Of a stretch of DNA of 54,878 nt, positions 9,774 to 18,743 are shown piece after piece. Every line of letters starts with the position of its first letter. Positions within the stretch are counted from its first letter, which is position 1. Below the pieces are notes generated by a model. The model was given only the letters and a program-made list of their open reading frames with translations, was not told where the DNA came from and did no database searches. The DNA comes from an uncultured bacterium (GTDB lineage: Bacteria; JADJOY01), in contig CAZYWA010000003.1 of NCBI GenBank assembly GCA_964650975.1, positions 1 to 54,878 on the forward strand, given 5' to 3'. The position numbers were made by a program, and so were the translations under genes.

Positions 9774-10472
9774 ATGATCACCATCCGGCCATCCACCGAG
9801 CGTGGGCGAGCGAGCTTCGGCTGGCTCGACAGCCGCCACACGTTCTCGTTCGGCGAGTACCACGACCCGCGCCACATGGGCTTTCGCGCGCTGCGTGTGA
9901 TCAACGAGGATCGAGTGAAGCCCGGCATGGGGTTCGGCACTCACGGGCACCGCGACATGGAGATCGTGTCGTACGTGCTGGAGGGGGAGCTCGAGCACAA
10001 GGACAGCATGGGCAACGGCTCGGTGCTCGTGCCGGGCGACGTGCAGCGCATGAGCGCGGGCACCGGAGTGCAGCACAGCGAGTTCAACCCCTCGCGCGAC
10101 TCGCCCGTGCACTTCCTCCAGATCTGGATCTTGCCCGAGCGAAACGGGCAGGCACCCAGCTACGAGCAGAAAGCGTTCTCCGAGGACGAGCGCCGCGGGC
10201 AGCTCAAGGTCCTGGCCAACCCGGGTGGCACCGGCGGCGCGATCGCGGTGCACCAGGACGTGCGGCTGCTGGGCGGTATTCTCGACGCCGGCGCGACCGT
10301 GACCCACGAGATACCGGCCGGGCGGCACGCCTGGGTACAGGTGGCTCGAGGCCGCGTCGACCTGAACGGCCATTCGCTCGGAGCCGGCGATGGAGCCGCG
10401 GTGAGCGACGAGCGCTCGATCACGCTGGTCGCGCGGGACAAGGCCGAGGTGCTGGTGTTCGATCTCGCCTGA
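9774..10472 (+). CDS. pirin family protein (quercetin 2,3-dioxygenase-like bicupin)
   Basis: MITIRPSTERGRASFGWLDSRHTFSFGEYHDPRHMGFRALRVINEDRVKPGMGFGTHGHRDMEIVSYVLEGELEHKDSMGN matches the pirin N-terminal cupin with its His metal ligands. ATG 9774 is preceded by AAAGGCGGGG. Confidence 0.9.
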   Translation: MITIRPSTERGRASFGWLDSRHTFSFGEYHDPRHMGFRALRVINEDRVKPGMGFGTHGHRDMEIVSYVLEGELEHKDSMGNGSVLVPGDVQRMSAGTGVQHSEFNPSRDSPVHFLQIWILPERNGQAPSYEQKAFSEDERRGQLKVLANPGGTGGAIAVHQDVRLLGGILDAGATVTHEIPAGRHAWVQVARGRVDLNGHSLGAGDGAAVSDERSITLVARDKAEVLVFDLA

Positions 10473-10522
10473 CGGAGGCGTCGCGGCTCGCCGCCAGGCC
10501 CGCGTCTCGCGCCGCTCGCCGC

Positions 10523-11176
10523 TTAGCCGGCCGCGGCGCGCAGCGTGTCTTCGGCGGCGGGACGGACGCGGGCCGGTCCGTGGTTCGCGGGAACCTTGCC
10601 GACCGCGCCCTCGTAAAGGGACGCGAGCCGCTTCATGTCCGCCTCGATGTCGCCGGTGGGCGTGAAAGGCGCGTACACACGGCCGAGCTTCTTCCCGTAG
10701 TCGAGCACCGTGGGGACGATCGGCACGCCCGCCTTGAGCGCGATGTAGTAGAAGCCGGTCTTCCAGTGCTCGGTGCGCTTGCGGGTGCCTTCGGGCGGCA
10801 CGGCGAGCACCAGCTCGTCGCTGCGCGCGAACTCGTCCGCGATGTCCTCGACCATGTTCTGGGGCGAGCGGCGGTCGACGGGCAGGGCACCGAGCTTCCG
10901 CAGGAACCAGCCGAACGGCCCCTTCACGATCGAGTGCTTCACCATCCAGCGCAGGTTCATGTCGAGCACGAACGAGAACGCCAGCATGAAGAAGGCGTCC
11001 CAGTTCGAGGTGTGCGGAGCCGCGATCAGCACGTACTTCTCGACCGATGGCCGTTGCCCTTCGAGGCGGAAGCCGAACGCCTTGAGCCACAGGCGGCCGA
11101 TCGCGCGCGCGATCGGCCCGTGGGCCTGGCGGTGCACCGGCGGGGTCGCGCGAGGACGGATCGGGTGAACGGTCAT
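10523..11176 (-). CDS. lysophospholipid (PlsC-like) acyltransferase
   Basis: HX4D block AAPHTSNWDAF and PPEGTRKR block, the canonical LPLAT motifs I and III. Confidence 0.8.
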   Translation of the reverse strand: MTVHPIRPRATPPVHRQAHGPIARAIGRLWLKAFGFRLEGQRPSVEKYVLIAAPHTSNWDAFFMLAFSFVLDMNLRWMVKHSIVKGPFGWFLRKLGALPVDRRSPQNMVEDIADEFARSDELVLAVPPEGTRKRTEHWKTGFYYIALKAGVPIVPTVLDYGKKLGRVYAPFTPTGDIEADMKRLASLYEGAVGKVPANHGPARVRPAAEDTLRAAAG

Positions 11177-11311
11177 CTGGGCCCTCCCGGTTGCGGTTCA
11201 AAGCATCCTAAAGGGTGAGTGTCAGGGCTTTGTCAGCCGCTCGGTAGGTAATTGCTGGGTCGTTTTGGGCTCCCATTGAGGTCGGTGGCGCGGTTGGCCG
11301 AGGATGGGAAC

Positions 11312-13072
11312 ATGATCGACACCTGGATCCGTGGCGGCACGGTGATCGACGGGACCGGTGCCCCTCGCGTGCGCGCAGACGTCGCGATTCACGCCGGGCG
11401 CATCGTCGCGGTCGGCGCGGTCCACGAGGACGCGCGCCAGACGATCGACGCGGAGAGCTGCGTCGTCGCTCCCGGCTTCGTCGATTTACACACGCATTAC
11501 GACGCGCAATTGCTGTGGGACGGCACGGCGAGCCCCTCGCCGCTGCATGGCGTTACCACCGTGGTTGGCGGAAATTGCGGCTTCGGGCTGGCGCCCGTGA
11601 CCCCGGACGGCGCCGGCTACCTCGCGCGGCTCCTGGCCCGGGTCGAAGGGATCTCGCTCGAGGCGCTCGAGCAGGCGCTCGACTGGCGCTGGTCATCGTT
11701 CGCCAGCTATCTGACGCGGTTCGAGGGCCGGCTCGCCGTAAATGCCGGGTTTCTGTGTGGCCACTCGGCGCTGCGCCGGGCGGTGATGGGAGGACGCGCG
11801 ACGGGCTCGGAAGCGAGCCTGTCGGAGCTCGAGGCCATGCGCCGTCTTCTCGGTGCGTCCCTGGCCGAGGGTGCGCTCGGATTCTCCACCTCGCTTTCGC
11901 CGACCCACCACGATGGCGAGGGCAACCCCGTGCCGTCGCGCGCCGCGAGCCGCGCCGAGCTGGTGGCTCTCGCCGCCGAGACCGGGCGCCACCCAGGCAC
12001 GACGCTCGAGGGGATCGTGCCGGGCTGCCTGCGGGGCTTCAGCGCCGAGGAGATCGATCTCCTGAGCGAGCTTTCGCTCGTGGCCGATCGTGCCATCAAC
12101 TGGAATCTCTTGAGCATCGATGCGCGACGGCCCGAGCTACACCGATCGCAGCTCGATGCGGCGTCGGTGGCGGCGGAACGCGGTGCCCGGATCGTCGCGC
12201 TGACCCTGCCGTGCACGCCGTCCGTGCGGCTCTCGTTCGTGTCGGGCGCCATCCTGGACGGGCTACCCGGCTGGCGCGAGGTGCTGGCGCTGCCGGTCGG
12301 CGAGCGCCTGCGCGCCCTGGCCGACTCTCCCACGCGTTCGCGCCTGGCGGCCGGTGCGGCCTCGCCGGAGGCGGGCGTGCTGCGCAATCTCGCGCGCTGG
12401 GAGCGGCTCGAGATCGCCGAGACGTTCGCCGCGGCGAACCGCGGGCTTGCCGGACGCACCGTCGGTGAGGTCGCCGCGGAGCGAGGCGCCGCGCCGTTCG
12501 ATGCGCTGCTCGACGTGGTCATCGCCGACCAGCTGCGCACCGGACTGGTGCCGCCGGCGCCGCCCGATTTGGACGAGCTGCGGCACGAGCGGGCGCAGGT
12601 TTGGCTCGACGAGCGCACGGTGCTGGGCGGATCCGACGCGGGCGCCCACCTGGACGTGATGTGTGCCGCGGTCTATCCGACCCATCTGCTCGCGCACGGC
12701 GTGCGGGAGCATGGCTTGCTCTCGCTGGAAGAGGCCGTGCATCAGCTCACCGACGTTCCGGCGCGTCTCTACGGACTGGAGCGGCGTGGCCGCATCGCGC
12801 CCGGCTGGCACGGAGACCTCGTGGTCTTCGATCCGGATCGAGTCGCGCCGCGGGGCGAAGAGACCCGCGCCGACCTGCCGGCCGGCGCACCCCGTCTTTT
12901 CGCCGGCGCCGACGGGATCGAGCGGGTGCTGGTGAACGGCGAGACGATCGTGGAGCGAGGGGTGTTCGCGAGCGCTCGGCCGGGGCGCGTGTTGAGATCG
13001 GGCCTGGATACCGAAACGGTGGTGGCGCGGAGCGCGCGGCAGACGAGCGGCACACCCTCGGATCGATCGTGA
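11312..13072 (+). CDS. N-acyl-D-amino-acid deacylase (D-aminoacylase) family amidohydrolase
   Basis: MIDTWIRGGTVIDGTGAPRVRADVAIHAGRIVAVG..VAPGFVDLHTHYD and C-terminal GDLVVFDPDRV are typical of this family. The ORF is listed from 11252, but ATG 11312 fits the family N-terminus. Confidence 0.85.
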   Translation: MIDTWIRGGTVIDGTGAPRVRADVAIHAGRIVAVGAVHEDARQTIDAESCVVAPGFVDLHTHYDAQLLWDGTASPSPLHGVTTVVGGNCGFGLAPVTPDGAGYLARLLARVEGISLEALEQALDWRWSSFASYLTRFEGRLAVNAGFLCGHSALRRAVMGGRATGSEASLSELEAMRRLLGASLAEGALGFSTSLSPTHHDGEGNPVPSRAASRAELVALAAETGRHPGTTLEGIVPGCLRGFSAEEIDLLSELSLVADRAINWNLLSIDARRPELHRSQLDAASVAAERGARIVALTLPCTPSVRLSFVSGAILDGLPGWREVLALPVGERLRALADSPTRSRLAAGAASPEAGVLRNLARWERLEIAETFAAANRGLAGRTVGEVAAERGAAPFDALLDVVIADQLRTGLVPPAPPDLDELRHERAQVWLDERTVLGGSDAGAHLDVMCAAVYPTHLLAHGVREHGLLSLEEAVHQLTDVPARLYGLERRGRIAPGWHGDLVVFDPDRVAPRGEETRADLPAGAPRLFAGADGIERVLVNGETIVERGVFASARPGRVLRSGLDTETVVARSARQTSGTPSDRS

Positions 13073-13764
13073 ACGCGCTTTCCGGCAAGCGGATCCTGGT
13101 GGTCGGGGCCTCGTCGGGGATCGGCCGGGCGATCGCCGAGCAAGCGCTCGCGTCCGGCGCACGGGTGGCGGGGCTGGCGCGCCGTCGCGAAGGCGCGGTG
13201 ACGCATGCCTGCGATGTCCGCGATCCGCTGTCGGTCGCCTCGTCCGTGGCGAGCGCCATCGACTCGATCGGCGGGATCGATGCGCTGATCTACGCGGCGG
13301 GCGTGGTGCCGCTCGCGACACTCGACTCGGCCGAGCTGGAGACCTTCCGTAGCGCCTTCGAGACCAACGCGGTCGGTGCGGCGCTGGTGGCGCGAGCCGC
13401 GCTCGCCGCGCTCGCGGAAAGCCACGGGCAGGGGCTCTTCCTGTCGTCGGATGGTGTGGGCGCGCCGCGCGAGGGGCTCGCGATCTACACCGCCAGCAAG
13501 GCCGCTCTGGAGGAGCTGGTGCTGGGATGGCGGCGGGAGCACCCGGAGGTGCGCTGGACGACGGTGATCGTGGGCCCCACGGCCACCGCGATCGCGAGCG
13601 CGTGGGACCGCAAGCTGACGGCCAAGCTCTGGCCGCGCTGGCAGGCGGAAGGGCACGACCGCGAAACGCCGGCCCAGCCGGATGACGTGGCGCGCCGCGT
13701 CCTGGCGCTGCTCGAGACCGACGACGACGTGCCTCGTCGCTCGACACACGAGCCGCGGCGTTGA
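13069..13764 (+). CDS. short-chain dehydrogenase/reductase (SDR)
   Basis: KRILVVGASSGIGRAIA (TGxxxGxG variant) and YTASKAAL (YxxxK). The GTG start overlaps the upstream stop as GTGA. Confidence 0.85.
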   Translation: MNALSGKRILVVGASSGIGRAIAEQALASGARVAGLARRREGAVTHACDVRDPLSVASSVASAIDSIGGIDALIYAAGVVPLATLDSAELETFRSAFETNAVGAALVARAALAALAESHGQGLFLSSDGVGAPREGLAIYTASKAALEELVLGWRREHPEVRWTTVIVGPTATAIASAWDRKLTAKLWPRWQAEGHDRETPAQPDDVARRVLALLETDDDVPRRSTHEPRR

Positions 13765-13802
13765 TTTGACGATTCGTCAAAAACGCGGGAGCATCGATCG
13801 GC

Positions 13803-14993
13803 ATGGATTCAGCGGTCTTCACCGACCTCCGCGACCTGTTCGGCGGCCGCGAGACGAGCCCCGTCGCGGACCCGTATTCCGTCTACCGCCGCCTGCGCCG
13901 GGACGCTCCGGTGATGCCCGTGGAGGGCACCGGGTACACCGGCTATCTGGTCACCCGCCACGAGGACGTGCTGCGGATCCTGCTCGACGATCGGACGTTC
14001 TCGAACCGCGCCACGGCGCGCGGCATCGGGCTGGTGCTGGGGCGCACCATCACCGAGATGGACGGCGCCGAGCATGCGCGCCATCGCGCGCTCATCATGC
14101 CGTCGCTCTTGCCGCGGGCGCTCAAGGGCGAGTTTCTCGACACCGTGCGCTCGGTCGCGGACGGATTGATCGACGCCTTCATCGGCCGCGGCCGCGCCGA
14201 CCTGGTGGCCGATTTGACGTTCTCTTACCCGCTCCGGGTCTTCACCAACATCCTCGGCATCGCCGATGACGATGTCGACCGCGTGCACCGCTGGGCCATC
14301 GACCTCACTCGCGTGGGCGCCGATCCGTTGAAGGGGATCCAGGCCTCGCAGTCGCTGGCCGAGTACTTCGCGCCGATCCTGACCGAGCGCCGCGCGGCGC
14401 CGCGCGGCGACATGATCAGCCAGCTGGCGCAGGCCGAGGTCGAAGGACACCGCCTCACCGACGAGGAGGTCACGAGCTTCCTCAGGCTTCTGGTGATCGG
14501 CGGCGCCGAGACCACGTACCACCTGCTGGGGAGCGCGCTCCTGGCCTTGCTCCAGCATCGCGACGAGCTGGCCGCGGCGGTCGCCGAGCCGGTGCGAATC
14601 GCCGCGGTAATCGACGAGACCTTGCGCTGGGAGGGGCCGATCGGCGTGATGTTCCGCGAGCCCACCGAGGACGCGACCATCGCGGGCACCAAGGTCGCGG
14701 CCGGCGAGCGGCTGCTGGTGTCGCTCGGCTCGGCCAATCGCGACGAGAGCGTGCACGCCGATCCCGACGAGTGGAGCCTCGCGCGTGACCGCGAGGCTCG
14801 GCCGCACCTCGGCTTCGGCCAGGGCAAGCACTACTGCGCCGGGTCGCGGCTCGCGCTCGTCGAAGCGCGGATCGGTCTCGAAGCGGTGCTGGGCCGGCTG
14901 CGCAATCTTCGCCTGGCGCCGGATCACGAGGGTGGGGTGGTCGGGCTCGCGTTCCGCGGACCCGAACGCTTGCTCGTCGAATGGGACGCGTGA
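13803..14993 (+). CDS. cytochrome P450
   Basis: ExxR (ETLRW) and haem-thiolate loop FGQGKHYCAGSRLA. I-helix-like LLVIGGAETT. Confidence 0.92.
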   Translation: MDSAVFTDLRDLFGGRETSPVADPYSVYRRLRRDAPVMPVEGTGYTGYLVTRHEDVLRILLDDRTFSNRATARGIGLVLGRTITEMDGAEHARHRALIMPSLLPRALKGEFLDTVRSVADGLIDAFIGRGRADLVADLTFSYPLRVFTNILGIADDDVDRVHRWAIDLTRVGADPLKGIQASQSLAEYFAPILTERRAAPRGDMISQLAQAEVEGHRLTDEEVTSFLRLLVIGGAETTYHLLGSALLALLQHRDELAAAVAEPVRIAAVIDETLRWEGPIGVMFREPTEDATIAGTKVAAGERLLVSLGSANRDESVHADPDEWSLARDREARPHLGFGQGKHYCAGSRLALVEARIGLEAVLGRLRNLRLAPDHEGGVVGLAFRGPERLLVEWDA

Positions 14994-16114
14994 GCAGCGC
15001 GGCGCAGCCCGAGCTGGCCGGGATTCACGGCCAGGTGATCGACAGCGACGCGCACATCGGGGAGCCGCCCGATCTCTGGGCACGATCGCTGCCAAAGGAG
15101 CTCGCCGACCGCGCGCCGCGCGCGGTGCTGGAACCCGACGGCCGCATGCGCTGGCGGATCGACGGACGGCTGACTCCGGCGCTGCCGCGCTGGATGGCGC
15201 CCGGGCCCGGCGGCACCCGCGTTCCTTACGTGCCGCGTCCGGGATTGCGCGACGCCGAGGCGCACCTGCGCGATATGGACCTCGAAGGGATCCGCCAGGC
15301 CATCCTTTATCCGGGAGTCGGGCTGGTGTTCGCGGCGATCGAGGACCCGGTGCTCGCGACCGCCTGCTGCCGTGCTTACAACGACTGGCTGGCCGAGCAC
15401 TGCCAGGCGGCACCGGGCCGGCTCTTCGGTGCCGCCGCGCTCCCGCTGCAGGACGTCGACGCCGCCGTCGCGGAGCTCACACGCGCGGTCGAGAGCCTCG
15501 GCATGAAGACTGGGTACATCCGCCCCAATCCGATCGCCGGCCGCGTGCTTCACGATCCGGCCCACGACGCGCTGTGGCGGCGCGCGGCGGAGCTCGGCGT
15601 ACCGATCGCGATCCACGAGGGCACCACGCGCACCTGTCCCACGGTGGGAGCCGAGCGCGTCGAGGACCAGCCGTTTCTCTTCCTGCACATGCTGTCGCAC
15701 CCGTTCGAGCAGATGCTGGCGTGTCTGAGCCTGATCGGCGGCGGCGTGCTGGAGCGCTTTCCGACCTTGCGCGTGGTGTTTCTGGAAAGCGGTTCCGCGT
15801 GGACGGTGTACTGGCTGGCGCGCATGGACGAGCATTTCGAAGCCTGGGGCTACACTTGCCCCGAGCTCGCGACCCGTCCGAGCGAGCTCTTCCGGCGCCA
15901 GTGCTTCGTCTCGACCGATCCCGAGGACCACGTGGTGGCCGCGACGCTCGCGCACGTCGGTGAGGACTGCGTGGTGTGGGCCTCCGACTATCCCCATCCC
16001 GACGCGATCTGCCCGGGCGCGGTCGAGGCGACACTCGGTGACCCAGCCCTGACCCCCATCCAGAAGCGGAAGCTCCTGGTCGACAACGCCCGCCGCCTTT
16101 ACGCTCTCTCGTGA
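14981..16114 (+). CDS. amidohydrolase-2 (ACMSD/TIM-barrel metal-dependent hydrolase) family protein
   Basis: VIDSDAHIGEPPDLW start, PIAIHEG, VWASDYPHPD blocks. Start is either ATG 14981 or in-frame GTG 14990, which overlaps the P450 stop as GTGA. Confidence 0.85.
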   Translation: MGRVSSAAQPELAGIHGQVIDSDAHIGEPPDLWARSLPKELADRAPRAVLEPDGRMRWRIDGRLTPALPRWMAPGPGGTRVPYVPRPGLRDAEAHLRDMDLEGIRQAILYPGVGLVFAAIEDPVLATACCRAYNDWLAEHCQAAPGRLFGAAALPLQDVDAAVAELTRAVESLGMKTGYIRPNPIAGRVLHDPAHDALWRRAAELGVPIAIHEGTTRTCPTVGAERVEDQPFLFLHMLSHPFEQMLACLSLIGGGVLERFPTLRVVFLESGSAWTVYWLARMDEHFEAWGYTCPELATRPSELFRRQCFVSTDPEDHVVAATLAHVGEDCVVWASDYPHPDAICPGAVEATLGDPALTPIQKRKLLVDNARRLYALS

Positions 16115-16171
16115 CGGGCACGTTCGGGGCGTTCCGCAACCCGTCCCGAGTCGGCGTGTGAGGCGAGCGGC

Positions 16172-17086
16172 GTGTATCGAAACCGGGGACTCCTCGAGTG
16201 GGTGGCCGAGCTCGGCTCCGATCTTGCCGAGCGGCGCGCCACCGCCGCGGTGGCGCTGGCCGAGATCGGCAACCCGAGCGAGCCGGTGCTGACGGCGTTG
16301 CAAGCCATCAAGCACGATCCCGATCCGCGGGTCCGGCGCGCGGTGGCCGCGGCGCTCGCCGGCGATCCCACCCCCGAGCCTGTGACCATCCCCATCCTGG
16401 TCGAGCTGCTCTCGGATCCCGTCGAGCACGTCCGCGCGCGCGCCGCGCACAGCTTGCGGGGCCTCGGCCGCGCCGGAATCGTGGCGCTGACCCGGGTCAC
16501 CGAGCATGGCGAGCGTGACGCCAAGCTCGCGGCCCTCGGTTGGCTGCGCGACGTGAGCGAGGCGGATCTCGCGTCGGCCTGCGTCACGGCGCTCGAGCCG
16601 CTCCTCGCTTCGGACGACGACTCGCTCGTCGAGCTCGCCGTCCGTTCGCTGGGAAGCCTCGGGCCCGCGGCCGGGCCCGCAGTCCCCGCGCTGATCGGCG
16701 TGGCGCGTGCGGGCTCTCGGCTTCGCGAGCAGGCGCTGCTCGCGCTCGCGTCGATCGGCGTGGGCGCGGTCCGTCACGTGTTGCTGGCGCTCGAGGGCGG
16801 CGAGCCGTGGGCGGTCGAGAAGGCCGGCACCGTCCTGGGTTGGGTCGACTGGGATGTCCAGGATCGTGCCGAGCTGGCCGCCGTGCTGATCGAGGCGATG
16901 CAGTCGAGTGAGCCGCGGGTCGTGCTCCACGCGCTCGACGCGGTCGCCGTCACGGGCTCACACGACGCCGCGACCGTCGCCGAGCTCGAGCGGCTGGCTG
17001 CGCACTCGGATGCGCGAGTGCGCGCCGCGGCCAAGCAGCTGCTGCGGAAGTCGGCGATGCCGGACACTCCGGTGCCCAGACGATGA
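16172..17086 (+). CDS. HEAT-repeat (PBS-lyase-type) protein, cytoplasmic
   Basis: Repeated ..DPDPRVRRAVAAALAG.., ..SDPVEHVRARAAHSL.., ..HSDARVRAAAKQLL.. units. No signal peptide. Confidence 0.75.
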   Translation: MYRNRGLLEWVAELGSDLAERRATAAVALAEIGNPSEPVLTALQAIKHDPDPRVRRAVAAALAGDPTPEPVTIPILVELLSDPVEHVRARAAHSLRGLGRAGIVALTRVTEHGERDAKLAALGWLRDVSEADLASACVTALEPLLASDDDSLVELAVRSLGSLGPAAGPAVPALIGVARAGSRLREQALLALASIGVGAVRHVLLALEGGEPWAVEKAGTVLGWVDWDVQDRAELAAVLIEAMQSSEPRVVLHALDAVAVTGSHDAATVAELERLAAHSDARVRAAAKQLLRKSAMPDTPVPRR

Positions 17087-18720
17087 CGCCGGTTTCGAGG
17101 AGCTTCCGTGCCTTGATAGGAACGCGGATCGCCCACATCGTCTGCGCCCGCATGAAGGGGCGGTGGCCGACCGGACGCATCGCGTGCGCCATCTCGCTCC
17201 TGCTCGCCACGGCGTTGGTGGCCGCCGGTTGCGCCGGCCGGAACGGCCACCGCGGCGACGACCAGGCCTGCGAGCTGGGACATGACGTCGAGGGAGGCCA
17301 TCCGGAGGCGGCGCTGCTCGAGACCGTCGAGGCGCCTCGCAAGAAGGCGTGGGAAGCCGAGCGAGGTGGCGAGGTCGCCGCGCGGCCGTTCGTGCGCGCG
17401 CGCATGAACGGCTGGCCGGCGGTGCTGCACGTGGATGGCGCGGTGCTCCCCGGCGATGCCGGAGAGTTCGCGCGGCGGGTCGCGCGCGATACCTGGCGCG
17501 GCCTCGAGGCGCTCCACGACCGGGAGAACGGTCTACCCGTCGATCACGTGCACCTCGATCCCGCGTCGACCGGTGTTCCGGAAGGACGGGTTGGCGACTA
17601 CGCGAACGTCACCAACGTCGGCCTGCGCATGCTATCGATCGCGGCCGCCAACGAGCTGGGCTACATCGACGAGGCCGGAGCGGTGGGCCGTATCACGCAG
17701 CTTTTCGATACCCTCGATGGGCTCGAGATCCATCGAGGCTTCTTCTTCAACTACTACGACACCACGTCGCTCGAGCGCACCAGCAACCTGCTGTCGTTCG
17801 TCGACTCGTCGTGGCTCGCCGCGGGTCTCATCGTGGTGCGGAATCGCTACGCGCCGCTCGCCGAGCGCGCCACGCGGCTGATCCAGGCGATGGACTACAC
17901 GCTGCTCTACGACCCCGAGCTGGGTCAGATGACCCACGGCTACTTCGTGCAGCGCCAGCAGCCCTCGCGCTACCACTACGGCATGCTCTACGCCGAATCG
18001 CGCCTGGGAAGCGTGATCGCGATCGGCGAGGGCGAGGCGCCGCCGCAGCACTGGTACCACATGCTGCGCACGTTTCATCCGAGCTGCACCTGGCAATCGC
18101 GCCAGCCGGTGGGACGGAAGCGGAAGGAAGCTCTCGGCGTCGAGTATTTCGGCGGGTGGTACGACTGGCAGGGAAGGCGCTACGTGCCGTCGTGGGGCGG
18201 AAGCATGTTCGAAGCGCTGATGCCGACGCTGGTGCTCGACGAGCCGCGTCTCGTTCCCGGGAGCCTCGGCGCCAATGACGCCGCGAACGTCGCCGTGCAG
18301 CGCGGCTACGCCACGCAGGTGCTCGGTTACCCGGTGTGGGGGATGTCCCCGAGCTCGATCCCCGGGAAGCAGGATTACGGCGAGTACGGCGTGAAGGTGC
18401 TGGGAGTGATCGGCTATGGCCCCGGTGCCGTCACTCCCCACGCGGCCGCGCTGGCGCTGGCCGTCGATCCGGCCGCCGCCATCGCCAATCTGCAGGAACT
18501 GGCGCGCCGCTATCCGGTCTACGGCGACTGGGGCTTCTACGATGCGGTTGATCCGGGGTCCGGCACGGTCGCCTACACCTACCTGACGCTCGATCAGTCG
18601 ATGAGCTTCGTGGCGCTCGCGAACCATCTCACCGGCCACCGCATCCAGCAGCTCTTCGAGGCCGATCCCATCGTGCGCAAGGCGTTGCCGGTGATCGCGG
18701 CCGAGCATTTCTTCGATTGA
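17083..18720 (+). CDS. lipoprotein with putative-glucoamylase/DUF3131-type six-hairpin domain (GH144-like; candidate endo-beta-1,2-glucanase)
   Basis: Blocks GFFFNYYDTTSLERTSNLLSFVDSSWLAAGL, YHYGMLYAESRLGSVIAIG, WGGSMFEALMPTLV, YGDWGFYDAVDP are typical of the PF10091/DUF3131-type domain found in GH144 enzymes and in cyclic-glucan synthase. ATG 17083 overlaps the HEAT gene stop as ATGA. ATG 17152 (MKGRWPTGRIACAISLLLATALVAAGC) gives a cleaner lipoprotein signal. Confidence 0.8.
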   Translation: MTPVSRSFRALIGTRIAHIVCARMKGRWPTGRIACAISLLLATALVAAGCAGRNGHRGDDQACELGHDVEGGHPEAALLETVEAPRKKAWEAERGGEVAARPFVRARMNGWPAVLHVDGAVLPGDAGEFARRVARDTWRGLEALHDRENGLPVDHVHLDPASTGVPEGRVGDYANVTNVGLRMLSIAAANELGYIDEAGAVGRITQLFDTLDGLEIHRGFFFNYYDTTSLERTSNLLSFVDSSWLAAGLIVVRNRYAPLAERATRLIQAMDYTLLYDPELGQMTHGYFVQRQQPSRYHYGMLYAESRLGSVIAIGEGEAPPQHWYHMLRTFHPSCTWQSRQPVGRKRKEALGVEYFGGWYDWQGRRYVPSWGGSMFEALMPTLVLDEPRLVPGSLGANDAANVAVQRGYATQVLGYPVWGMSPSSIPGKQDYGEYGVKVLGVIGYGPGAVTPHAAALALAVDPAAAIANLQELARRYPVYGDWGFYDAVDPGSGTVAYTYLTLDQSMSFVALANHLTGHRIQQLFEADPIVRKALPVIAAEHFFD

Positions 18721-18743
18721 CCAGCCCGAGAGCGAATCGAGCC

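Noticed and set aside
14924-16930. 668-aa minus-strand ORF, and similar antisense ORFs at 13809..15413, 12263..13822, 9648..11201, 1763..3292, 4811..6190 and 4858..6393
   Set aside because: All overlap sense-strand genes with strong motifs (P450, amidohydrolase, SDR, pirin, FGGY, DUF1800). All show the Arg/Pro/Ala-rich composition expected of off-frame high-GC sequence.
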